Below, one piece after another: positions 20,003-27,667 of a stretch of DNA of 64,000 nucleotides (position 1 is its first letter; each line of letters starts with the position of its first letter). The stretch is from positions 96,001-160,000 of the forward strand of contig JBBCKI010000028.1 of assembly GCA_037190965.1 (NCBI GenBank). Reading direction: 5' to 3'. The notes under the pieces were generated by a model that saw nothing but the letters and a program-made list of their open reading frames with translations, did not search any database and had not been told where the DNA came from. The position numbers were made by a program, and so were the translations under genes. Origin of the DNA: Chthoniobacteraceae bacterium. Lineage in GTDB: Bacteria > Verrucomicrobiota > Verrucomicrobiia > Chthoniobacterales > Chthoniobacteraceae.

Positions 20003-21289
20003 ATGAACGATCAAAGCGCCGTTGCGCCTTCATGGTTTGAACAGGCTCGGTATGGGCTTTTTATCCACTTCGGGCTGTATAGTCTTCTGGAACGCGGGGA
20101 ATGGGTGATGAACCGGGAAGGAATTCCTCCTGCGGAATATCGCAAGCTGGCCGACCGGTTTCGCCCCGATCGTTTTGACGCGGAAGCCATCGTCGATCTC
20201 GCCGTAGCGGCGGGGATGCGGTATATCGTGTTCACGACGATGCATCATGAAGGGTTTCGTCTTTATGACACCGGCCTTTCGGATTTCTCCTCGGCTCGCA
20301 CGGAGGCGAAGCGGGACTTCATTGCGGAAGTGGTGGCGGCGGCGCGGAGCCGGAATCTGAAGATCGGTTTGTATCACAGCCTGAACAACTGGTTCGACCA
20401 GCCCGACAGCGTGGCCGCGCTTGAAGATCCCCAGGCAAAAGAACGGTTTATCGAGGCAACATTCCAGCGGATCAGGGAACTGGTCACGCTCTTTCAGCCA
20501 ATTGATATTCTTTGGTACGACGGCTGGTGGCCTTTTGATGCCAAGGGGTGGGAGGCGGAGCGGATGAATCGCATGGTACGCGAGATTCAGCCTCACATTC
20601 TCTTTAACGGACGCAATGGGCTGCCCGGAGATTTTGCGACGCCGGAGCAGCATCTCGCCGCCCCCAGTCCGTGGCGCCCGTGGGAGGCATGCGTAACCCT
20701 TAATGATAGCTGGGGATACCATGCCGGAGATCATCACTGGAAGAGCCCGCTCGAAGTGATCAAAATGCTGGCCAGAGTGGCGCAAGGTCGGGGGAATCTC
20801 CTCCTTAACCTTGGGCTCCCCGGAGATGGAAGCATCCCGGAGGAGGGGGATCGCATCCTTCGCGAGGTGGGCGAATGGATCAAGGTCAACCGAGAAGCGA
20901 TTTTCGACACGGAACTCTGGACCGTCGATCCTTACCATCGTGGCGATCACCGGGGGGACTGGGTTCATCACGGTCCCATCACTACGAAAGGCAACGATCT
21001 TTACCTTATCGCGACAGCTCCTCCCGTCGAAGAGTTGGTGATCTCGGGGTTGGAGGCGGAGGTGCTCGAAGTGCGGCAGCTTGGTGGCGAGACGCTTTCA
21101 TTCCGGCAAGGCGACGGACGCTTGCGGGTGACGCTGGACGGAGGATCCCGGCAAACCGCGAAATCATCGATTCCCGTCTACCGGATTCGTTGCGATCGCC
21201 CGCCGTCGATTTACAAAACCGGCGGGATGCGGATTCCGGCGTGCGAGCATCCGAGATACGATCCCGTCTGCTCCGACATTTCCTGGTAA
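20003..21289 (+). CDS. GH29 alpha-L-fucosidase-family glycosidase
   Basis: WFEQARYGLFIHFGLYS, HHEGF, nucleophile motif LWYDG, TPEQ, SWGY, GNLLLN; no signal peptide. Confidence 0.9.
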   Translation: MNDQSAVAPSWFEQARYGLFIHFGLYSLLERGEWVMNREGIPPAEYRKLADRFRPDRFDAEAIVDLAVAAGMRYIVFTTMHHEGFRLYDTGLSDFSSARTEAKRDFIAEVVAAARSRNLKIGLYHSLNNWFDQPDSVAALEDPQAKERFIEATFQRIRELVTLFQPIDILWYDGWWPFDAKGWEAERMNRMVREIQPHILFNGRNGLPGDFATPEQHLAAPSPWRPWEACVTLNDSWGYHAGDHHWKSPLEVIKMLARVAQGRGNLLLNLGLPGDGSIPEEGDRILREVGEWIKVNREAIFDTELWTVDPYHRGDHRGDWVHHGPITTKGNDLYLIATAPPVEELVISGLEAEVLEVRQLGGETLSFRQGDGRLRVTLDGGSRQTAKSSIPVYRIRCDRPPSIYKTGGMRIPACEHPRYDPVCSDISW

Positions 21290-21297
21290 TTTCCCTC

Positions 21298-21321
21298 GGG
21301 CGGCAGTCATAACTGCCGCCC
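21298..21321. terminator. perfect 10-bp stem-loop between convergent genes
   Basis: GGGCGGCAGT-cata-ACTGCCGCCC 9 nt after the GH29 stop; no clear U-tract. Confidence 0.45.
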
Positions 21322-21366
21322 ATTCAGGAGTGGATTTGCACGTCCGGAGGGATGCGGGAAAGCAAG

Positions 21367-21532
21367 CAAGGTAGTCCGCTCTCGCCGAGAGCGCGGGATG
21401 GGTTTTCGAGTCGCGTTCGATATCCATCCCCGCAGGACGGGCTCCGGGTGATTGGGATGCGCGCTGATAAAGCTACGGAGCCGATGCGCGCGCTTGACGG
21501 CGCGAGCGTGCTACCGGTGCTGCCGCACCATT
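21367..21532 (+). repeat. GTAG-type REP doublet (REPIN-like), family A copy 1
   Basis: Core GTAG(21371)...CTAC(21514) with imperfect inverted arms; spacer (catccccgcaggacggg) and tail (ctaccggtgctgccgcaccatt) shared with 30503-30671 and 56221-56381. Confidence 0.8.
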
Positions 21533-21599
21533 CTCGCTATTGTTGACGCCCTTGGATTCCACTGATAAGAGCGAGAAGCCAAGTTATCGAAAGTAAGCC

Positions 21600-22001
21600 T
21601 CAAGACGATAGGCGGACATAGAGAATGCCGCCTTGAATTTCCACCGGAAACTTCTCCAGGTTTTCGTTTTCAGGGGATGTCACTTCAACGGGAAACTTCT
21701 TCAAGCGAACATCGGGATCGACGAGGTGCACACCGGTCTTCAGGTCGAATTCCCAACCATGCCACGGACAGCGAAGAATACAGCCTTCGCGGCCATAGGA
21801 GTATTCATAGACCGGGGATGGAAGCGTCGTTCCGCTGATCTTGCCAACGCAGACAGGCGCGCCTGCATGAGGGCAGATATTGCGGTAAGCATGGTATTCT
21901 CCGCCGACGTTAAAAACGCCGATCTCGGTGCGTCCGATGAGAATGAGCTTGCGCTTGCCGGGTTCCAGTTCGGAGATGGGGCAGACAGGATGGAGAGGCA
22001 T
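21600..22001 (-). CDS. Rieske [2Fe-2S] ferredoxin
   Basis: CPHAG...CPWHGWEFD (CxH/CxxH). Confidence 0.92.
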   Translation of the reverse strand: MPLHPVCPISELEPGKRKLILIGRTEIGVFNVGGEYHAYRNICPHAGAPVCVGKISGTTLPSPVYEYSYGREGCILRCPWHGWEFDLKTGVHLVDPDVRLKKFPVEVTSPENENLEKFPVEIQGGILYVRLSS

Positions 22002-22031
22002 GGGAAGTTGTCGTTTGAATAGAAACCGGAA

Positions 22032-23138
22032 TCAGGCGGTGACAGCCGGAGTTTTGAGGCCGTAGAGTTCGGAGGCATTGCGCCATAAAATGCGCTCCTT
22101 CCATTCGCGATTGAGCGGGGGAAGCGCCATCCTGGGATTATCGAAATCCCAATGAGGATAGTCGCTGGAGAAGAGGATCATGTGCGGAGCGCCGATCATT
22201 TCGAAGATTTGCAGAATATGCTGGGGATCCTCGGGTTCTTCAATCGGCTGGGTGGTAACGTAGAGGTGTTGTCGGATGTAGTGGCTGGGCAGCTCGGTCA
22301 GCCAGGGCGTTTGGGATCGCAGCGCCTTGTAGTTTTTGTCCATGCGCCACATGAGGTGCGGAAGCCACGCGATCCCCCCTTCGATGGCGATGAATTTCAG
22401 GGTGGGGAATTTGACGAAAACGCCCTCGCAGACTAGCGAATTCACATTCGCCATATAGTTGATGGGCAGAATGTTATGCCACTCCATGTAACGGGTCGGA
22501 CGCCCTGCGGGGGTTACATTGGGCGCGATGCCCGCACCCTCGCTTCCGGGATGAATCGCGACGGGCAGGCCCGCCTCGGCAGCGGCCTCGTAAATGGGAT
22601 GAAAAAAGCGTTGGCCGAAAAGGCGGTTGGTGCCACTGGCCATCAGCACCTGGGAAATTTGGGGACGGCCCGCCCATTTCCGGATCTCCCGGGCGGCATA
22701 GATGGGATCGGAGTGATTGATGATGATCGAGCCTCGAAATCGAGGGGAAAAGGAGAGCCACTTGGCAGCCATCCACTCATTGATGGCTGAGGATAGGGCG
22801 TTGCCATAGTCGGGATCATGATGCAACGAAAGGGTAAGCATTCCCGAACCGGTGAGCAGCGCGTAATCGATACCATAGCGATCGAGGTGATCCTTGATCA
22901 TATAGGCCGGGCTTGAGCCCGGGCCGCAATCTTCATCGACCGGCTTGGCGTCCTGGCGATGCACGCCGACCGGCGAAAGATAGCCTGCTCCCGGAATGGC
23001 TAAGCCGTGCCGACGGACCACTTCGGCCCAGTATTTGGGCAGGTAGGGAAGGAGCTCTTTGGGGTCGGCGAGGCCATTGTGCACGTCGGAGTCGATGAGG
23101 GAGAGGGGGGGATCATCGGAAGCAGTGGGTGATGCCAT
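22032..23138 (-). CDS. amidohydrolase-fold (Amidohydro_2) protein, probable dinuclear-metal oxygenase
   Basis: IDSDVH, AIHPG, IEGG, TTQPIEEP, FSSDYPHWD motifs; directly upstream of a Rieske gene. Confidence 0.85.
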   Translation of the reverse strand: MASPTASDDPPLSLIDSDVHNGLADPKELLPYLPKYWAEVVRRHGLAIPGAGYLSPVGVHRQDAKPVDEDCGPGSSPAYMIKDHLDRYGIDYALLTGSGMLTLSLHHDPDYGNALSSAINEWMAAKWLSFSPRFRGSIIINHSDPIYAAREIRKWAGRPQISQVLMASGTNRLFGQRFFHPIYEAAAEAGLPVAIHPGSEGAGIAPNVTPAGRPTRYMEWHNILPINYMANVNSLVCEGVFVKFPTLKFIAIEGGIAWLPHLMWRMDKNYKALRSQTPWLTELPSHYIRQHLYVTTQPIEEPEDPQHILQIFEMIGAPHMILFSSDYPHWDFDNPRMALPPLNREWKERILWRNASELYGLKTPAVTA

Positions 23139-23232
23139 AGTGGGCTAATATTGAAGCAAAGCGGATCGCTTGTCATCAGCCTGAGATGATAACGATTGCC
23201 AAATATTGATATCGTTGCTCCAATAGCCGGAA

Positions 23233-24174
23233 ATGGGGCGCAGCATTTTTCAGATCGACCGGCTCGGCACGCCATTGGATCGGGTGATGGACCGGGTGAT
23301 CTTCATTCCCAAGGGCCGCCGCCTGATGGTGCATAACGTCCAGCAGAAGATTGTGATCCTGCTCGAAGGAGCGGTGAAAGCGCTGGTGAACGATCGCCTG
23401 GTGGGAGAAATGCAAGCCGGTGACGCTTTGGTGATCCCCGGCTCGTGCAGGCAGGCTTATGTTCCAGTGGACCGACGGCGGGAGATGCGGATGCATGCCA
23501 TGATCGTGGTTTTCAGCCCCAGCCTGTTTGCTTGCGAAGAGAGTCTCCTGCGGGCGGTTCCTGTCGTCGGGACGGACGCGGAAGAAACTTCTGAAAATTT
23601 CGTACGGCGGCACTTTGGCAGCGTGCAGTTGCGGCGGGGGATTCTTACCCCGGCTGCGATGGAGTGGGTGGAAGGGTTGCGCCGTGAAGCCGGGGAAAAG
23701 GGGACGGGATATCGGCTGCGGGCCGCGGCCTATACCCTGCTGTTGTTGACGGAAATCGCGCGCAGGGAGGCATCACCGGTTGCAGCGCCTATGGAAAGCA
23801 TGAGCCGGCAGGCATGGATGATCGAGCAAACCAAGAATTTCCTGCTCGAGCATCATGCCGAGGAGTTGACGCTGGACCAGGTAGCCTGGCACATGCGGCT
23901 GAGCGGCGAGCATCTTGCGCGCACTTTTCGGAAAGAAACGGGGCAGACGATTTTTGGCTATGTGCAGCATTTGCGGCTGGAGCGGGCCAAGACGCAACTG
24001 GCCAGCTCGCAGCTGACCGTTAACGAGATCGCGCGGCAGGCGGGTTTCGGGACGGCCGCGCAATTATGCCGTACGTTCAAGCGAGCGACCGGGGAGACGC
24101 CGCTGGCCTATCGGCTGCGGATGGCCCGCCTCGCCGATTTCTCTCCGAGCCTGACGGAGGAGATTATCATTTGA
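23233..24174 (+). CDS. AraC family transcriptional regulator
   Basis: N-terminal cupin (GDALVIPG); C-terminal LTLDQVA..LS.EHLAR.FRKETG...IARQAGF...FKR.TG.TP..YR; divergent from amidohydrolase. Confidence 0.93.
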   Translation: MGRSIFQIDRLGTPLDRVMDRVIFIPKGRRLMVHNVQQKIVILLEGAVKALVNDRLVGEMQAGDALVIPGSCRQAYVPVDRRREMRMHAMIVVFSPSLFACEESLLRAVPVVGTDAEETSENFVRRHFGSVQLRRGILTPAAMEWVEGLRREAGEKGTGYRLRAAAYTLLLLTEIARREASPVAAPMESMSRQAWMIEQTKNFLLEHHAEELTLDQVAWHMRLSGEHLARTFRKETGQTIFGYVQHLRLERAKTQLASSQLTVNEIARQAGFGTAAQLCRTFKRATGETPLAYRLRMARLADFSPSLTEEIII

Positions 24175-25327
24175 TTTTCGGGGGCCGGATGGTCCCTGAA
24201 AGAACGAGACGCTCGCTGGCGGGTTTGCCGATGATCTGACGCCAGAGATTGGAAGTCAGGTGTTGGACGATCGCGGAGATTGACCTTTCATACTTCGCGA
24301 CCGGCATCCCATAAAAATACTCGATGCCTTCGTTCGCTCCGGTCAGCAGATGGACGTAATCGGGCCGGTCAAGGCCCCGCCGGATCAGGGCCAGGGCGAT
24401 GCCCCGCGCCGCAATATCGTCGGAGACGATGATGCCGGTCCTGGGTGTTCCCTGGAAGTCCCGGAAGTAATGCAAAGTTTCGTCATGGGCCAACTCCTCG
24501 AGCCGGTTTCCGCCGACGGTCTCATCGAACCGAAGTTGGCGAATTTCAGGCACTGGCAAGCCGCAGGCAGCGCAGGCATCGAACATGCCATTGCAGTCCC
24601 GGTAGGAATTGGGCGTTTCCGGAAAGGTGCGGAAATAGACCATCCTTTGCATTCCCTGTTCCGCGAGATAGCGCACCGCCGAAACCGTGAGATCGTGGTG
24701 GTCGTACATCACCGACGAATTGTCGTAGAGGGAGTGGTTGGAGTACGGTTTCGGCAGGACGCTTTCGAGAAATTCGAACTTTCGGATATCCACCCCGATT
24801 TCGATGCGACCGGCGAAATCCTGTCTTTTGAGATCCTCCAGCAGATTGTGAACACCTGAATGACGCGGGTTGCCTGCGGATTGTATGTCATCGTAGACCC
24901 GCACTGCCCAGCCCTTGGCAGGGGGGAGCTTTGCATCGGAAGGGGCAGGCGGTGGCCACTGGCCGCTTTTACCGATCAAGTTTTCCACCCCCGAAGCGAG
25001 AGCCCGGAAGTAAGCGGAGGAGGGACTTGAAAGACTGGGCCCGACCAACACGCCCACGATCCGTGTGACATCGGGAACATTGATGAAGGTTCCCTTTTGC
25101 GGCTTTCGATGCGCGAGCCCTTTCGCGACCAACTGCCGCATCGCCTTTTGCACGGTGACATAGCTGCACCCCCACTCTTTCGCCAGCCTCAGCCCGCTGG
25201 GGAGCCGGAAATTCTGCGGAAGTTTCCCGAGCAGGACCATCTGTTCAAAATGGGCAACGATCTGATCGCTCAGTGATACCCTCGAGTCCGCGTCGAGAAC
25301 AAAATCAAGTGGTGGCTTCATATTCAT
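24167..25327 (-). CDS. GntR-HTH / LacI-type sensor chimeric regulator (AraR-like)
   Basis: RLPS..RLAKEWGCSYVTVQKAMRQLVAKGLAHRKPQKGTF winged HTH, then periplasmic-binding-fold domain (AVRYLAEQG, VSDDIAARG); likely start ATG 25327 or 25321 (ORF opens 25357). Confidence 0.88.
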   Translation of the reverse strand: MNMKPPLDFVLDADSRVSLSDQIVAHFEQMVLLGKLPQNFRLPSGLRLAKEWGCSYVTVQKAMRQLVAKGLAHRKPQKGTFINVPDVTRIVGVLVGPSLSSPSSAYFRALASGVENLIGKSGQWPPPAPSDAKLPPAKGWAVRVYDDIQSAGNPRHSGVHNLLEDLKRQDFAGRIEIGVDIRKFEFLESVLPKPYSNHSLYDNSSVMYDHHDLTVSAVRYLAEQGMQRMVYFRTFPETPNSYRDCNGMFDACAACGLPVPEIRQLRFDETVGGNRLEELAHDETLHYFRDFQGTPRTGIIVSDDIAARGIALALIRRGLDRPDYVHLLTGANEGIEYFYGMPVAKYERSISAIVQHLTSNLWRQIIGKPASERLVLSGTIRPPKIK

Positions 25328-25578
25328 CGAAATGAATGGGATACTATTGCATACCAAATTTGGAACGACATCACAAAGTGCTTCCCCGGGCTATCTTTTC
25401 TCCCGAATTGGAAAGCGTACCGCGGATGCTCAGCTTTCCGGAGGGAGGCGCAGAATTCTCTTGCGAAAAGGGGATGATTTGTTCAATATAATCCCCAAGT
25501 TTATAAGAGGTTTGTATATTAATTAAGATTAATAATTAAAACTATCATGCGTGCAGAGCCCCCCAGCCGCTGCCGATT

Positions 25579-26280
25579 GTGAACCGCTCCCTGAAAATGG
25601 ATCTCATTCGGCACATCCCCCGGCGTTCTCTTCGATCGTCCAAATCGTCAAGCCATCCAGGCCCGGCAACCGGTTTTACTCTGGTCGAGTTGCTTACCGT
25701 CGTAGCGGTCATCTCGATGGTCATGCTTCTGCTTGGAACCTCGCTGGGCAATTCCGGGAAAGCGGCCCTCCTTGAAACGTCCGGATCGCGCCTGGCTGGT
25801 ATCCTCTCTTTGGCGAGGCAACAGGCGATCTCGCGGAACGCGATCAGCGCCGTGGTTCTCTCTACGGATTCTTCCGCCAAGGGCGGACTGCGAGCGTTGA
25901 CGGTTTATGAGATCGTCCCGCGTGCGAATGGGGCGGAGCCTTCTTCGGCTGATTGGAAGCAGGTCCACCCATGGGAGGTCCTTCCCGACGGAGTGCTGAT
26001 CGATGGCTCGACGTTCGAAAGCGCGTCGAACGCACCTTATCCGCCGCTGCCCGAGATTCATTTTCGAGGGCAGAAGGTTGACCTGTACCGGTACCTCCTT
26101 TTTTCCCCCGATGGGAGCCTCCTGCAGGGGGAGCCCGCTCGGATCCGTGTCGCCGAGGGCCTCCTGCCTGATGGCGCGGTAAACCCGGTTTACACGCGTC
26201 CCGGCGACGGCGGGCAACCGGCGAATGTCTATGAGATCTCGGTTCTCATCACCGGACTGACAAAGATCGACCGCCCATAG
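25579..26280 (+). CDS. prepilin-type protein, Verru_Chthon cassette D-like (FimT/GspH-like)
   Basis: G|FTLVELLTVVAVI cleavage motif, LARQQAISRN, YLLFSPDGS, ITG.TKI.RP end. Confidence 0.85.
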   Translation: MNRSLKMDLIRHIPRRSLRSSKSSSHPGPATGFTLVELLTVVAVISMVMLLLGTSLGNSGKAALLETSGSRLAGILSLARQQAISRNAISAVVLSTDSSAKGGLRALTVYEIVPRANGAEPSSADWKQVHPWEVLPDGVLIDGSTFESASNAPYPPLPEIHFRGQKVDLYRYLLFSPDGSLLQGEPARIRVAEGLLPDGAVNPVYTRPGDGGQPANVYEISVLITGLTKIDRP

Positions 26281-26730
26281 ATGTGGATTATGCAGACCGC
26301 CCGGACCGTCAGAGAACGCGCATTTTCATTGGTTGAGGTGGCGATGGCTCTTGGCATCGTCGCCTTTTCCCTGGTGGCAGTGTTTTCGTTGCTTTCAGTA
26401 TCGTTCACTGCCGATCGGGCCGCGAAGGACGACACCGTTCTGGCGGAAATCGCCGGCAGCACGATCAACGGTCTCCGGAGCCAGCCGTTCGCGAGCGCAT
26501 ACCTATATGCCAGCGCCGGGCCCACGCTCTATTTCGATGCCGAGGGGAAGGGGGGCATGACTCCGGCGGAGGCGGTGTATCAATGCACGGTGAGCGTCGT
26601 CTCCGATCCTGCCAGGGAGGGAACCTCCGGGCCCAATCTGTTGAGAGTCCGGTTGGACTTTCGCTGGCCGGTTGGCTCCGCCGCCGGCAGCCAACGAATT
26701 GTCCAAGCATGCCTTGCCCGTTATGAATGA
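26281..26730 (+). CDS. prepilin-type protein, Verru_Chthon cassette B-like (PilV/GspI-like)
   Basis: A|FSLVEVAMALGIVAFSLVAVFSLL, LYFDAEG motif. Confidence 0.85.
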   Translation: MWIMQTARTVRERAFSLVEVAMALGIVAFSLVAVFSLLSVSFTADRAAKDDTVLAEIAGSTINGLRSQPFASAYLYASAGPTLYFDAEGKGGMTPAEAVYQCTVSVVSDPAREGTSGPNLLRVRLDFRWPVGSAAGSQRIVQACLARYE

Positions 26731-27667
26731 CCCGGGCATTCCAACCGGCCGTTCTGGCTGTCCTGGGCAAGCGGGGCGCGCGGGATTCTCGCTGGTTGAG
26801 ATTCTGGTCGCGACCACGATTCTCGCCTTTCTCGTAGTTTTTTTGGGGATGGTGTTGAGGCAAATGGGGGTGGCCTGGATGTCGGGAGAGGCCCGGACAC
26901 GAAATCGCGAAAACGGACGCACCATCGCCGAATTCATTGGCCGCGAACTGAAGGGAGCATTGCCTCCCATCGACTCCGGCAGCAAAGGTTTGCAATTGGT
27001 CCTCAACCCGAGCGCAATCCCGACGACCTGCAAAAATCGCGATGCCCTCTTCTGGCAGGCTCCACTTGCCACCAATCGTTCCTACGGTGACATCGCGGCA
27101 ATCGGGTATTTCGTCCGGTGGGATACTTCGACGCCGAATCGTCCCAAGGCGTTGCTTTGCCGTTTCTTTGTCAATCCGGCAGTCCCGGACCCCGACCACG
27201 AGGGGCAAAGCCTTCCCAACCCTCGGTTCCGCATTTACGACCAGCCCGAGACCTGGCTGAGTGGCGCCATCCTGGACGATGTGGCTCCCGGCGACAAAGC
27301 GAACGATTACAGGGGGCTTTTCGCCGAGAACGTGCTCGGGTTATGGGTGACGTGCCTGGATCGTAACGGCGCGGTGATTTCAGGAGCTTCGAGCGGCGGC
27401 AGTTTTGATTCCCGCACGGGCTACAAGGGCTCTGGGAATATCCAATACTACCTTCCCGCGATGGTGGAAATCAGCTTCGTGATCGTTGATTCCCGCGCGG
27501 CCGGACGCATCGATTCGGCATTGCAGGCGGTCATCGCCGGTCAGGTTCGGCAGGCCTCAAGCGCGGCGGAGTTTGTCTCGCTGGCCTCCGGCAACGGACA
27601 GATGATTCCCATCCGGACCGGTTTGAGGGCCTACTCGAAAAAAATCAACCTCCTCAACTCCCGATGA
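26723..27667 (+). CDS. prepilin-type protein, Verru_Chthon cassette C-like (PilW/GspJ-like)
   Basis: G|FSLVEILVATTIL, LFWQAP, IGYFVRW, LFAENV, LPAMVEI; likely start ATG 26723. Confidence 0.85.
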   Translation: MNDPGIPTGRSGCPGQAGRAGFSLVEILVATTILAFLVVFLGMVLRQMGVAWMSGEARTRNRENGRTIAEFIGRELKGALPPIDSGSKGLQLVLNPSAIPTTCKNRDALFWQAPLATNRSYGDIAAIGYFVRWDTSTPNRPKALLCRFFVNPAVPDPDHEGQSLPNPRFRIYDQPETWLSGAILDDVAPGDKANDYRGLFAENVLGLWVTCLDRNGAVISGASSGGSFDSRTGYKGSGNIQYYLPAMVEISFVIVDSRAAGRIDSALQAVIAGQVRQASSAAEFVSLASGNGQMIPIRTGLRAYSKKINLLNSR

